Shown here piece by piece: positions 1-8,757 of a DNA stretch of 64,000 nt. Origin of the DNA: Thermodesulfobacteriota bacterium. GTDB taxonomy: Bacteria; Desulfobacterota; Desulfarculia; JACQYL01. Each line of letters opens with the position of its first letter. The first letter of the stretch is position 1. The DNA is taken from positions 608,001 to 672,000 of the forward strand of contig CAXXLZ010000001.1 in the NCBI GenBank assembly GCA_963675595.2, given 5' to 3'. The notes below the pieces were generated by a model. It made no database searches and was not told the DNA's origin. It saw only the letters and a list, made by a program, of their open reading frames with translations. The translations under genes were made by a program, and so were the position numbers.

Positions 1-2036
1 GGACCTCGGCGGACCCTGCCGACTCGGCTTGCGGCGAATCCGGACCCCTGCCGAAGCTTTCCAAGCAAGGGCCCCCGACCTCCGGCCGAATGTCCGCCGA
101 GGAGCTTAACCGTTTATTCTCCGCAAACCTTCAAGTGCAATCCTTGCCTTCGGAGGACACGGCCTATCTGTTTTCCCTGGCTTCCACCCTGGCCGCGGCC
201 GCCTTGAGCGGCATGCCCGGCGCCGAAACCGCATGGAACGCTTGTCTCGCGGGGTTCGCTTCTCAAGAACCTTCGGAAGGCGACGTTCAATGCTTGAAGA
301 CGGCTCTGTCGAGTCTGGTGAATGCCGCCGCTTCCCATGCCTCAATGGGGTCCGAGAGCACTTCCCCGCAAAGGCGGGCCGGGGCCTACAATAATAACTT
401 TGAAGGCGAGGAAGAGGGGGAGGACTTCTCCAATAGTCTCTCCCCTGCGGGCGCCTTGGACTGGCTTTCGGCCGCGTGGGCCGGCCTCACCGGTCATGAG
501 ACCACCACGGGAAAGAGTGTGAACCGAAGCGCGACACGAGACGGAAAAACGGGCTGTGTGGGTTCGGTGAGCCCGATTTCCGTTCCGGCCGGAGGCACGG
601 CGAACTTTCGCATGGACCTGTATTCCCGTCTGCGTCAACAAGTGGGGCAGGCCCCCATCCGGGGCTACGGCCCATCCTGGGACGCCTATTGGGAGGACCG
701 AATGAGCTTCATCGGTCAGGGGGAGGACCTGCACTGGGAGTATGGAAAAAATGTGGCCCGGGACGAGTCGACCGGTCCCAAGGAAGCGATGATGTACGCT
801 TCGACCTTTGTGTCGTCCGGCGCTGCGGACCCCGTGCTTGAACCCGCCGACCAAGGCGACCTCTGCACGGCCGCGGCCCTGTTCTATCTGCAATCCGATT
901 CACCCACGGTGACCGTCACCTCGGACGCCGCCGCAATACGGGTGTTCAACGCCGGTTCCTTCGAAGCCTGCGTCCATGGAGGCGTTCCTCCCTTCACTTT
1001 GGAATGGGACCTGGCCGGCTCGAAACGCACCGAGGTCTTCGGGGTGAGAGACATCCATTCCCTCGTCAAGGTGTGTCGTCGCGCGGATCGTATCTTCACG
1101 GAAACCGGGACCTACACCGTGGGGGTAAGCCTCACCGACGCCGACGGGCACTACGATTACGCGTCCGTGGACGTGGTGGTGACCGATCCGGAATTGCGCC
1201 TCAAATTCCTGCAAACCACGTCGGAGGCCTATCCCGGCGTGGGGGCCACGTGGGTGGTGGCGGCTTCGGGCGGCGCCGTTCCGTATTCCTATGCCTACAC
1301 CTTCAGCGACGGGGTATCCGGTGCTGCAAGCACCTTCACCCGCGTCTTTAATACGCCCGGTACGCGAACCGTCACCGTCACGGCCACGGATTCGGGCAGT
1401 GTAACGCAAACGTCCTCGGTGAGTTCCTCCATCTGGGTGCGGGCTTGCGAACCTCCGGAATGCTGTCCTCAGAATCCGGTGCCCTGCGGCACCGTGTGTC
1501 TGACTTCGGGCGCGACCTGTTGCGACTCAAGCACCGGGGTATGGTGCTTTGGCGCGGACTGCTGTCCCAAACCCTGCGTGCCTCCCGATTGTTGCGCGGA
1601 ATATCCCCAGGTGTGCGGTCCTTTGTGCATTCCCGGAGGAGCGAAATGCTGCAATCCGGGAACGGGGGGTTGGTGCCTTTCTACGGAAGAATGCTGCGGC
1701 GCGGGCTGTTGCGAACCCGACTGGTACTGCTGCCCGGACCAAGCCGGCTGTTGCAGGAATGGCGACGTGTGCTGCAAAGGAGGGGGCTGCTGTCCGGCAC
1801 AAGCGCCCCAATGCTGCTTTCCGGGGTGCTGCCCCGAAGAATCCCAATGCTGCGGCAGCGGCTGCTGCCCCACCGGATACTTCTGCTGCCCGGATAAAAG
1901 CGGCTGCTGCCCGGACGGATATCAGTGCGCCGAAGGCGGTAAATGTATACCTGGTTCAGGCGGGTCCGTGTCCCGGGTCTTCAGCGCGAACCAGTTCCCC
2001 AAGACCAAGTCGGGGTGCTTGGGAGAGATGGAGTAG
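1..2036 (+). CDS. 5'-partial surface/secreted protein with two PKD-like domains and a Cys-rich (CC-repeat) C-terminal tail
   Basis: The frame is open from base 3, upstream of the ATG at 90. PKD-like motifs are GGVPPFTLEWD..FTETGTYTVGVSLTDADG and GGAVPYSYAYTFSDG..FNTPGTRTVTVTATDSG. There are 44 Cys between 1446 and 1946. Confidence 0.7.
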   Translation, partial: TSADPADSACGESGPLPKLSKQGPPTSGRMSAEELNRLFSANLQVQSLPSEDTAYLFSLASTLAAAALSGMPGAETAWNACLAGFASQEPSEGDVQCLKTALSSLVNAAASHASMGSESTSPQRRAGAYNNNFEGEEEGEDFSNSLSPAGALDWLSAAWAGLTGHETTTGKSVNRSATRDGKTGCVGSVSPISVPAGGTANFRMDLYSRLRQQVGQAPIRGYGPSWDAYWEDRMSFIGQGEDLHWEYGKNVARDESTGPKEAMMYASTFVSSGAADPVLEPADQGDLCTAAALFYLQSDSPTVTVTSDAAAIRVFNAGSFEACVHGGVPPFTLEWDLAGSKRTEVFGVRDIHSLVKVCRRADRIFTETGTYTVGVSLTDADGHYDYASVDVVVTDPELRLKFLQTTSEAYPGVGATWVVAASGGAVPYSYAYTFSDGVSGAASTFTRVFNTPGTRTVTVTATDSGSVTQTSSVSSSIWVRACEPPECCPQNPVPCGTVCLTSGATCCDSSTGVWCFGADCCPKPCVPPDCCAEYPQVCGPLCIPGGAKCCNPGTGGWCLSTEECCGAGCCEPDWYCCPDQAGCCRNGDVCCKGGGCCPAQAPQCCFPGCCPEESQCCGSGCCPTGYFCCPDKSGCCPDGYQCAEGGKCIPGSGGSVSRVFSANQFPKTKSGCLGEME

Positions 2037-2107
2037 GGGAGTTGGGGAGTTGGGGAGGGATGAGGGTGTGAATTTCTCCGTACTCGAAATTGATTTTCGC
2101 CGTGAGC

Positions 2108-2414
2108 TTCTCCGCCCAAGGCGGTGAAGCACGCCTGGAATGCTTTGAAAAGGGGGTGCGGGAGAAGACTTTCTCGAGAGGTATGCATTCACGGGGGGAA
2201 CTTTGAAAAAGTTCCCCCCCGGTCCCCCCCTCAAAGGCTTCAAGCAGGCCTCACCGCCTCCGGCGGAGAGGCTCTAATGCGTCCGGCGGTCGGTCTCGTA
2301 AGGGCCCCTGATCCCGGTTGCGACGCGGAAGCGAGCAACCCGCTCAAAAAGTTTTGGATGGGGTCCGGGGAAACCTTTTGCAAAAGGTTTCCCCGCCTAC
2401 CCTGTGAACAGATA
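2108..2414. repeat. Palindromic intergenic repeat (MITE/REP-like family) copy
   Basis: Ends GTATGCATTCACGGGG...CCCTGTGAACAGATAC; internal hairpins GGGGGGAACTTTGAAAAAGTTCCCCCC and GGGGAAACCTTTTGCAAAAGGTTTCCCC; CTCACCGCCTCCGGCGGAGAGG motif. Confidence 0.7.
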
Positions 2415-2528
2415 CCTCGAGAGTCTTCTCCCTTGAATACCTACGGGTAATCTACCGGCTGAGCGCACCGAGCCTGAAACGGATGCAATCCCTGAAAAGC
2501 ATGAATAGTACCCCATGGGAGTCGGCGT

Positions 2529-3401
2529 CTATTGCTTCCTGGTCCCGTCGGGGTTGTATTCATACCAACCACGGCCCGTCTTTCGGCCCAAATGGCCCAT
2601 TTGGACTTTTCGTCTCAAAATGGCGGGAGGGTAGAAGGAAGGGTCCTTGGTCTCTTCGTAGATGGCCGTCAGGGCTCCGCAGGTGACGTCCAGGCCCACC
2701 AGGTCGCCCGTTTCAAAGGGTCCCATCTTTCTCCCCCCGGCCAGACGAAGTCCCTTGTCGATGTCTTCCACCGTGGCGATCCCCTGTTCGACGAGGCGCA
2801 TGGCTTCAATATTAGCCCGGAAGTTGATGCGGTTGATCACGAAGCCGGGGATGTCTCGCCGCACCAGAACGGGCTCTTTGCCCAACCCGACGACGAAGTC
2901 TACGCCCAGAGCGAAGGCCTCCTCGCTGGTGAACATCCCTCGGATCACCTCGGCGGCCGGCATCATGGGCACGGGTGAAAAGAAATGCAGCCCGAGTACG
3001 GATTCCGGCCGTGTGGTGACTCCCGCCAGGTCGGATATGGAAATCGCGCTGGTGTTGCTCGCCAGGAGCGCATCGGGTCGAGCGACTTTGTCGATCATGC
3101 GGAAGATATTCCGTTTGAGTTCCAGGTTCTCGAACACCGCCTCGATGATCAGGTCCGAACTTCCCGCAGCCTCGATTTCGGTGGATGTGGTGATCCGGGA
3201 CATGATCTCTTCCGCGCTCCCTTTCACGGTCCCTTTTTCCACCAACTTTGTCACGGACCAGGCAATGGTTTCCTTTGCCTTAATGAGGGCGTCGTGCTGA
3301 ACATCGTTCAGCACGACCTGGAATCCCGATTGTGCGCACACCTGTGCAATGCCGCCGCCCATCAATCCGCTTCCCACAATAAAGACTTTTTCAAGGCTCA
3401 T
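2529..3401 (-). CDS. hbd: 3-hydroxybutyryl-CoA / 3-hydroxyacyl-CoA dehydrogenase
   Basis: GSGLMGGGIAQ Rossmann motif, IEAVFEN, ASNTS, GLHFFSPVP, GHLGRKTGRGWYEY. Confidence 0.9.
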   Translation of the reverse strand: MSLEKVFIVGSGLMGGGIAQVCAQSGFQVVLNDVQHDALIKAKETIAWSVTKLVEKGTVKGSAEEIMSRITTSTEIEAAGSSDLIIEAVFENLELKRNIFRMIDKVARPDALLASNTSAISISDLAGVTTRPESVLGLHFFSPVPMMPAAEVIRGMFTSEEAFALGVDFVVGLGKEPVLVRRDIPGFVINRINFRANIEAMRLVEQGIATVEDIDKGLRLAGGRKMGPFETGDLVGLDVTCGALTAIYEETKDPSFYPPAILRRKVQMGHLGRKTGRGWYEYNPDGTRKQ

Positions 3402-3476
3402 GGTATCTCCCACTGATTCGTCCGGCGCCGCCCCGCGAACCTACCGACATCCGGCAAGGGTGAGGCGTCGGATTTG

Positions 3477-3608
3477 TAATCATTCACGGGGGAAACTCGT
3501 CTATCGTAGGGGCAGGCCACAGTGCCTGCCCGAAAGACGGCCGAAGGCCCACCTTTTTCCCTGTATCCTCACGTGCCGGCGGTCCCCCGGTGGCCCTGTG
3601 AACGTGCA
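3477..3608. repeat. Repeat copy containing a GTAG-type REP hairpin
   Basis: Ends GTAATCATTCACGGGG...CCCTGTGAACGTGCAC; GTAGGGGCAGGCCACAGTGCCTGCCC at 3506-3531; similar copy at about 8210-8290. Confidence 0.65.
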
Positions 3609-3616
3609 CGGTTATC

Positions 3617-4105
3617 TTATTCTTCCAAAAATTTCTTCGGCAGGTTGCCTGAACCGAGAAAATTTACGGCATCATGAAGGGGTTGCCGGTTGGGGCCGGC
3701 CATCAGTTTGGACGTTCCGTGCGCCAGTAGTCTGTCGTTACCGTCGAACATCCTGGCTTCGGTGAGATAGAGGGTCTTCCCCGATTTGATTGTGTGGCCC
3801 TCGACCATAATCCGGCCTTCAGAAACGGGCGCCAGAAAATCCACCTTGAGATCGATGGAGACCAATCCACTATCTTCCGGCAAATCGCAGTAAGCGGACC
3901 AATAGGCGGCCGTGTCGATGACCGACGAGTAAGCGCCTCCGTGGAGGCCGCCGAAGGGATTCATGTGTTCTCGCCGAATCTCGGCCGTAACCATGGAATA
4001 GCCGCTGCGGATTTCAATGACTTCCATCGACATGTGTTGAAAAAACGGGCAGGCATTGATGGCGCTGATGATCGCTTTAACATGCTCAGGGTTCAGCGAG
4101 GGCAT
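3617..4105 (-). CDS. PaaI family thioesterase (hotdog fold)
   Basis: HMNPFGGLHGGAYSSVIDTA motif; start taken at MPSLNPEH. Confidence 0.9.
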   Translation of the reverse strand: MPSLNPEHVKAIISAINACPFFQHMSMEVIEIRSGYSMVTAEIRREHMNPFGGLHGGAYSSVIDTAAYWSAYCDLPEDSGLVSIDLKVDFLAPVSEGRIMVEGHTIKSGKTLYLTEARMFDGNDRLLAHGTSKLMAGPNRQPLHDAVNFLGSGNLPKKFLEE

Positions 4106-4121
4106 CGGTCTTTCTCCAATT

Positions 4122-4350
4122 GTGAGCATTCAGAGGGGTATCCGAGGGAACCCTTTTTGAAAAAGGGTTCCCTCGGGGCTCCTTCCTAAAACTTCAAGTA
4201 TTTTGCTACGTTGGACGGAACATGCTCCTCGTTTTGTGAATCGCGTACGCGATTCACAAAAGCGGAATGGGGGTCCGGGGGGCCATTGGTCCCCCGGCAG
4301 GGGGTGGAGGGGGACGGTGTCCCCCTGCGGCACACCCCGTGAGTGGGTAC
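4122..4350. repeat. Palindromic intergenic repeat copy (intact homolog of the IS-interrupted copy)
   Basis: GTGAGCATTCAGAGGGG...CCCCGTGAGTGGGTAC with hairpins CCGAGGGAACCCTTTTTGAAAAAGGGTTCCCTCGG and TTTTGTGAATCGCGTACGCGATTCACAAAA; near-identical reverse copy at 19755-21347. Confidence 0.8.
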
Positions 4351-4357
4351 CTCCAAT

Positions 4358-4855
4358 TCATGCTCGATGTCGTTGTTCGGCATCCTTCGGCAGCATCTTT
4401 AACATCCTGACACACTCAAGCTTTGATCCATCCGGCAAACGGTGAAAGGTCGGTTCCTGCTCCAAGTATCCGTGAGTCCTATAGAATCCTTTTGCATTGA
4501 GTGTGGAATGAACCGTGATTCGAGCGATATGGCTGTTTTCCGCAATCTTCTCAAGTTCGTTGAGAAGCCCTGATCCAACGCCCTTTCCGACGGCATCGGG
4601 ATGCACATAAATCGCGCTGACCTCCGCGTTTTCAACGTCCAACATTCCCAGTCCCAACAAATCTTCCTGCCAATTTTGTGCAACGAGGAACACCTTTTCT
4701 CTCAAGGCCTGATCGTAAACCGAAGGGACAAGAACACCGGTCCAGGCATCCAACTGGCTCCGGGTATAATGGTCGGCGCACAGTTTCCTGATTGAAGCAA
4801 TATGCATCCTGGAGATGTTCTCTTTATCTGCAAAAGATGCTTATCCTATTTTCAT
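4358..4855 (-). pseudogene. GNAT N-acetyltransferase with an in-frame TAA at codon 5
   Basis: AIYVHPDAVGKGVGSGLL and STLNAKGFYRTHGY motifs; upstream in-frame ATG at 4855 reads MKIG*ASFADKENISRMHIASIR (stop at 4841-4843). Confidence 0.7.
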
Positions 4856-5204
4856 AGGCTCGTCCACGACGGAAGGATGATTACCATCTGAGTGCGGATC
4901 AAAAGCGGCCTCCAAAAGTCATTGGGCACCCAACGGCTCGATGCCGTTCGATAAGTGTTTCAAAGTCGGCGGGAACCATTCCCTCCGCGATGTAACGGGT
5001 GCCTTGATATGATGCCAAGTCCGCTCTTGAGTCTGTGACATCCGGCTGTTGAAAAGCCCGAACTGCGGCGTTGTGCTTCATCCCTCGTCACTGTGATGTA
5101 CTCCTATGTATGTCTCATTCCTTGGGATTTGCGCGCCTTGCATTTCAGTATTTCTTAATGGCCTGCAATCATCCGACTTTTTCAGCGGGCCATTATAGTC
5201 AATC

Positions 5205-6230
5205 TCAATCTCGGCTGTTTCGTGCGACTATCCCGCAAAACGTACTCCCCGGCATGAACCTATGGACTTCAATGGTGCTGAAGCCGCATTGCTTTAAAAG
5301 GGATGTCACCTCATCCAGTTCCGGAAGGGGCGTGATCCCTTTGAGAGAACTGCCGACCAGATTCAGGTTTGCCGTTGCTATGTCCTTTCCTCGGCTGTGA
5401 AAACCCATTGCCACGGCCAGCACGCCTTGAGGGGAGAGCATTCCACGGAGTGTTTGCAGCAGACCGGGACGTTCGGTCTTCTGGAAGTAATAGAGGAGAT
5501 TGTAGAGTGTAATGATATCGAAAGAATCGGTAAGCTCCTTGGAAACGGTGCGGACGTCTCCGCAGAGAATCTTGAATCGATCGGAAAGACCCCAGGCCGA
5601 CATGTTGTGCCGAGCTTGCTCGACCACCGCTTGGTCAATGTCCAAGCCGATACCGGATGCAAAGGGATTTGCATCAAAGGCGCTCTTGAGCAGCACGCCC
5701 GATCCGCATCCGACGTCCAATATCCGTAAGGGGTTCTTGCCTATCACGATTTTGGAGATGAAGGCATTGAGGATCGGCTCGGAAATCTTGGAATACCGGG
5801 CGACCAGATCTCCGATTTTTGGCAAATCGTCGCCGAGCTCACATCCACGAATTCGCTCGGCGACATTACGATAGGCATCGTTGTAGTAGGTGACGTTCGC
5901 CTGGATCATTGCCGCCAACATGTCTCCATTGGGTCCCATGAGCGCTTTTGATCGTTTCCCGCGAACGCGGAACCTGCTGTTGCCGAGCACCAATTCTTCT
6001 GAAGCAAGGCCGACTTCCAAGAGAGCATCAAGCAGTTCCGTACGCTGAACATCCAGCTCCTTGATCAACTCGTCCCTGGTGCGCGGAGCGGAAAGCGTCT
6101 GCAGCAGTCCGGATTCATAAGCGGCGTAGATGAAATGCATCCTGATGAACCCCTGCCAGTCCTTCATGATCGCATACAAACCAGGGGTTTTCATAATCCT
6201 GAGAAATGAAAACAGGTATCTTAAATTCAT
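5205..6230 (-). CDS. Class I SAM-dependent methyltransferase with N-terminal dimerisation/HTH region
   Basis: ILDVGCGSGVLL, GLDIDQ, GDVR, FDIITLYNLLYYF motifs; start at MNLRYL. Confidence 0.85.
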   Translation of the reverse strand: MNLRYLFSFLRIMKTPGLYAIMKDWQGFIRMHFIYAAYESGLLQTLSAPRTRDELIKELDVQRTELLDALLEVGLASEELVLGNSRFRVRGKRSKALMGPNGDMLAAMIQANVTYYNDAYRNVAERIRGCELGDDLPKIGDLVARYSKISEPILNAFISKIVIGKNPLRILDVGCGSGVLLKSAFDANPFASGIGLDIDQAVVEQARHNMSAWGLSDRFKILCGDVRTVSKELTDSFDIITLYNLLYYFQKTERPGLLQTLRGMLSPQGVLAVAMGFHSRGKDIATANLNLVGSSLKGITPLPELDEVTSLLKQCGFSTIEVHRFMPGSTFCGIVARNSRD

Positions 6231-6871
6231 GTTCCAATCTCTGAGCGGCTGATCTCTTGACCAACACGGTTTGCATGCTTTCCGCTTTGTCTTGTGCCCC
6301 GGCAGCAATTGGGAACAAAACGGGCCACTGTCAACTCCCCACACCGGTCTGTATTCCTTTCATACCCGCTGCGGCGATGACGCGATTTACCTTCAAACGA
6401 CGCGTCATTGCTTCCGGAGATGGACGGGCGCGGACATGGACCAACACCGTCGAAACCCAGCAGGGAAATGATCCTGCCGATCGGCCCGCGGCGATGATCC
6501 GACGCATAGTCCCAAAATTTTGTGCAGAGGTGATCTTGGGTCGAATTCAGACAATTCTTCATACTACACCGCCTCTATCGTTCTGCACAATAAGCGGATC
6601 CATGGTTTTTTCCCATGGAAATCGTGGGTTTCTCTCTTGGATTTCAATGCCGGGGATTCACTTCAATGAAGGTAGGTCAGGGCGGATTCTATTGCAGCCG
6701 TTCACGAAGAAGGCGAGATCGATTTCGGCGTGTCTTTTCCCGATTCCCCGGCTGTACGACGGCCGGAGTGGGCATGGAAGAGGGTCGGGTTGACGATCCC
6801 GTCCGGGCCGAAGTCGTCATGGACGATTCGAGTTTTGGGAATGCGGTCTACTGGCCGGCCGTTTGGGCGCA

Positions 6872-7129
6872 GGCATTCACGGGGGAGGACTGTCCGGAAA
6901 GCCCTTCCCCGCACCCCATCACCAATCGCGTTGGTCGGGCCCTGTCACCTCCGGCGGAGAGGATGCGGAAGAAATCAGGTTTCCCCGGCAATTCCCATGT
7001 TCCTTACGCCTGCCGAGCCGGCTGAGATGCTCTCAAGATCGGCTTCGTCCCGAACCGCCTCAAGAGGGTCCGGGGGAACGGCGTTCACCCTGGGGAATCC
7101 ATAAGAAAAACGTCCCCCCGTGAATGATT
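6872..7129. repeat. Degenerate palindromic intergenic repeat copy
   Basis: Ends GGCATTCACGGGGG...CCCCCCGTGAATGATT; internal TCACCTCCGGCGGAGAGG. Confidence 0.55.
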
Positions 7130-7157
7130 TCGTTTTTTCCCGTCCCCCTCGTTAGCC

Positions 7158-8012
7158 TTAAAGGTTGAGCGGCTGATCGTGGGGCACGTTTTCCCAGAGG
7201 TCCGTTTCTTCAAAGTGATCCAGGTCCATGGCCTTGGCTTCCTCCTTACGTGAGAACATCACCTGAGCGAGGCCGTCCAGAAGGGCGGCCAAATCCGTTT
7301 TGCGGGGAAGTTCCTCGGCGATGCGGTGACCCAGCAACGGCATGATCTCGATGGTCACAGGAAGCACGTGTTCCGTCAGGTCCTTGAAACCCGTCATCAG
7401 CTCCTGGTCGTGCCGTTGTTCGTCCCAATGGGAAAGCCGGGTTCCCGGGCCGTAGTCGGTTTCCACGCGCATATCCTTCAAGGCGCCGAGGGCGTTTACG
7501 GCGTCTTGGGTGAACACGCCGTCGGCATCGAACAAGGTCATCCACTTGTCCCACCCGATGCCCAGAGTGTGTCCGATCTCGTGAACGACGGTGCCCGCCG
7601 TCTCGCTTCCGGAGAACATGGAGAGGTATTTGGTGTTGAACTCGATCCTGCCGTACACCACACCGTCCTTGTCGTAGGGTTGGTATGCCCTGGCAATGGT
7701 CGTGCTTTCGGAAGTGAAGACACTCAGCCTGATGACGATGGAGTAATCGGGGATGACGAACCGGTTCCAGAAGTTGCAGGCGGTCCTGGCCGCGCTCTTG
7801 AGCTTGCCGTCCACATCCGAGACGATCTTGTAGGTGATCAATGTGGAAGAAACCTCGGTGGTGAGAATACCGAGGGCCTGATTGAGATGGGGCAGTGCCT
7901 GATAAATCGCCTGGACACGGGCCATTTCATCGGGCCGGAGCGCTCGGCCCTGAATCTGGATTCGCGCGGCCTCCTGGATGAGCTCTTCGATGATTTGTTT
8001 CAATGCTTCCAT
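7158..8012 (-). CDS. Leishmanolysin-related (M8-like) zinc metallopeptidase
   Basis: HEIGHTLGIG zincin motif followed by GPGTRLSHWDE and ELMTG; GAGGAG RBS before MEALKQ. Confidence 0.75.
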   Translation of the reverse strand: MEALKQIIEELIQEAARIQIQGRALRPDEMARVQAIYQALPHLNQALGILTTEVSSTLITYKIVSDVDGKLKSAARTACNFWNRFVIPDYSIVIRLSVFTSESTTIARAYQPYDKDGVVYGRIEFNTKYLSMFSGSETAGTVVHEIGHTLGIGWDKWMTLFDADGVFTQDAVNALGALKDMRVETDYGPGTRLSHWDEQRHDQELMTGFKDLTEHVLPVTIEIMPLLGHRIAEELPRKTDLAALLDGLAQVMFSRKEEAKAMDLDHFEETDLWENVPHDQPLNL

Positions 8013-8049
8013 GGGATGCTCCTCTTCTGTTAAGCTGGAGTATTCACTC

Positions 8050-8290
8050 ACGTGAGGCCGCCTTTCGAGAAGGTTTCCTCCCGTCCCGTCAAAGCTTTTC
8101 ACGCATGCCTCACCGCCTCCTGCGGAGAGGCCCGAAGGAATCTCTCCGGTTCGGCTTCGTCGGTCCGTCGTGGTCGAACTCGTTCAACGGACCGGTGGAA
8201 CTCGCATGCAGATCATTCACGGGAGCAACTCGTCTATTGCAGGGGCAGGCCACGGTGCCCGCCCGGAAGACGGCCGAAGGCCCACCATCT
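8050..8290. repeat. Degenerate repeat copies (CTCACCGCC motif plus REP-like hairpin)
   Basis: CTCACCGCCTCCTGCGGAGAGG at about 8110; ATCATTCACGGGAG...GGGGCAGGCCACGGTGCCCGCCC matches 3477-3550. Confidence 0.55.
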
Positions 8291-8599
8291 CCGATGTACC
8301 ACCGTGCCTGCGGACCCATGTCCGGTCCCCCTCATAATAGCCCGGTAACCTGTTCAGAGGAATCTCTCGATCCGGGCTGCGCCGCGCAGTCGAGTATCGC
8401 TGTTGCAGCGAATCGCTTGGGCGGCGGCTGGAAGCATTCCACGGGATGACTCGTGGGAAGTACCGGGAGGAGCCGTAGGAGAGTTGGGAAATTCAGAGCG
8501 TCCGGAGGACGATTGGAGAACAGCGCGTGTATGACACTATCGGAGGATACTTCAACTCTGCACTAAGAATTATATGAAATTCGGTCGCCTGCTGCAATC

Positions 8600-8757
8600 G
8601 TGGGGTTCATTAGCCGGGGGAACCTCAAAAAAGTCCCCCACTTCGTCCGTCAAGGCATTCCAGGAATGCCTCACCGCCTTCGGCGGAGCGTTGCCCGCCG
8701 AAATAGATTGGGGGACCGGGAAAACCTATTTCAAGAGGTTTTCCCCAATATCCCGTG
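8600..8757. repeat. Palindromic repeat copy overlapping the 3' end of the hybrid kinase
   Basis: GGGGGAACCTCAAAAAAGTCCCCC, CTCACCGCCTTCGGCGGAG, GGGAAAACCTATTTCAAGAGGTTTTCCC. Confidence 0.55.

Noticed and set aside
4899-5081. 60-aa ORF, plus ORFs at 6227-6562 and 36178-36526, as genes
   Set aside because: No recognisable motifs or clear RBS; they may be remnants but are unsupported.
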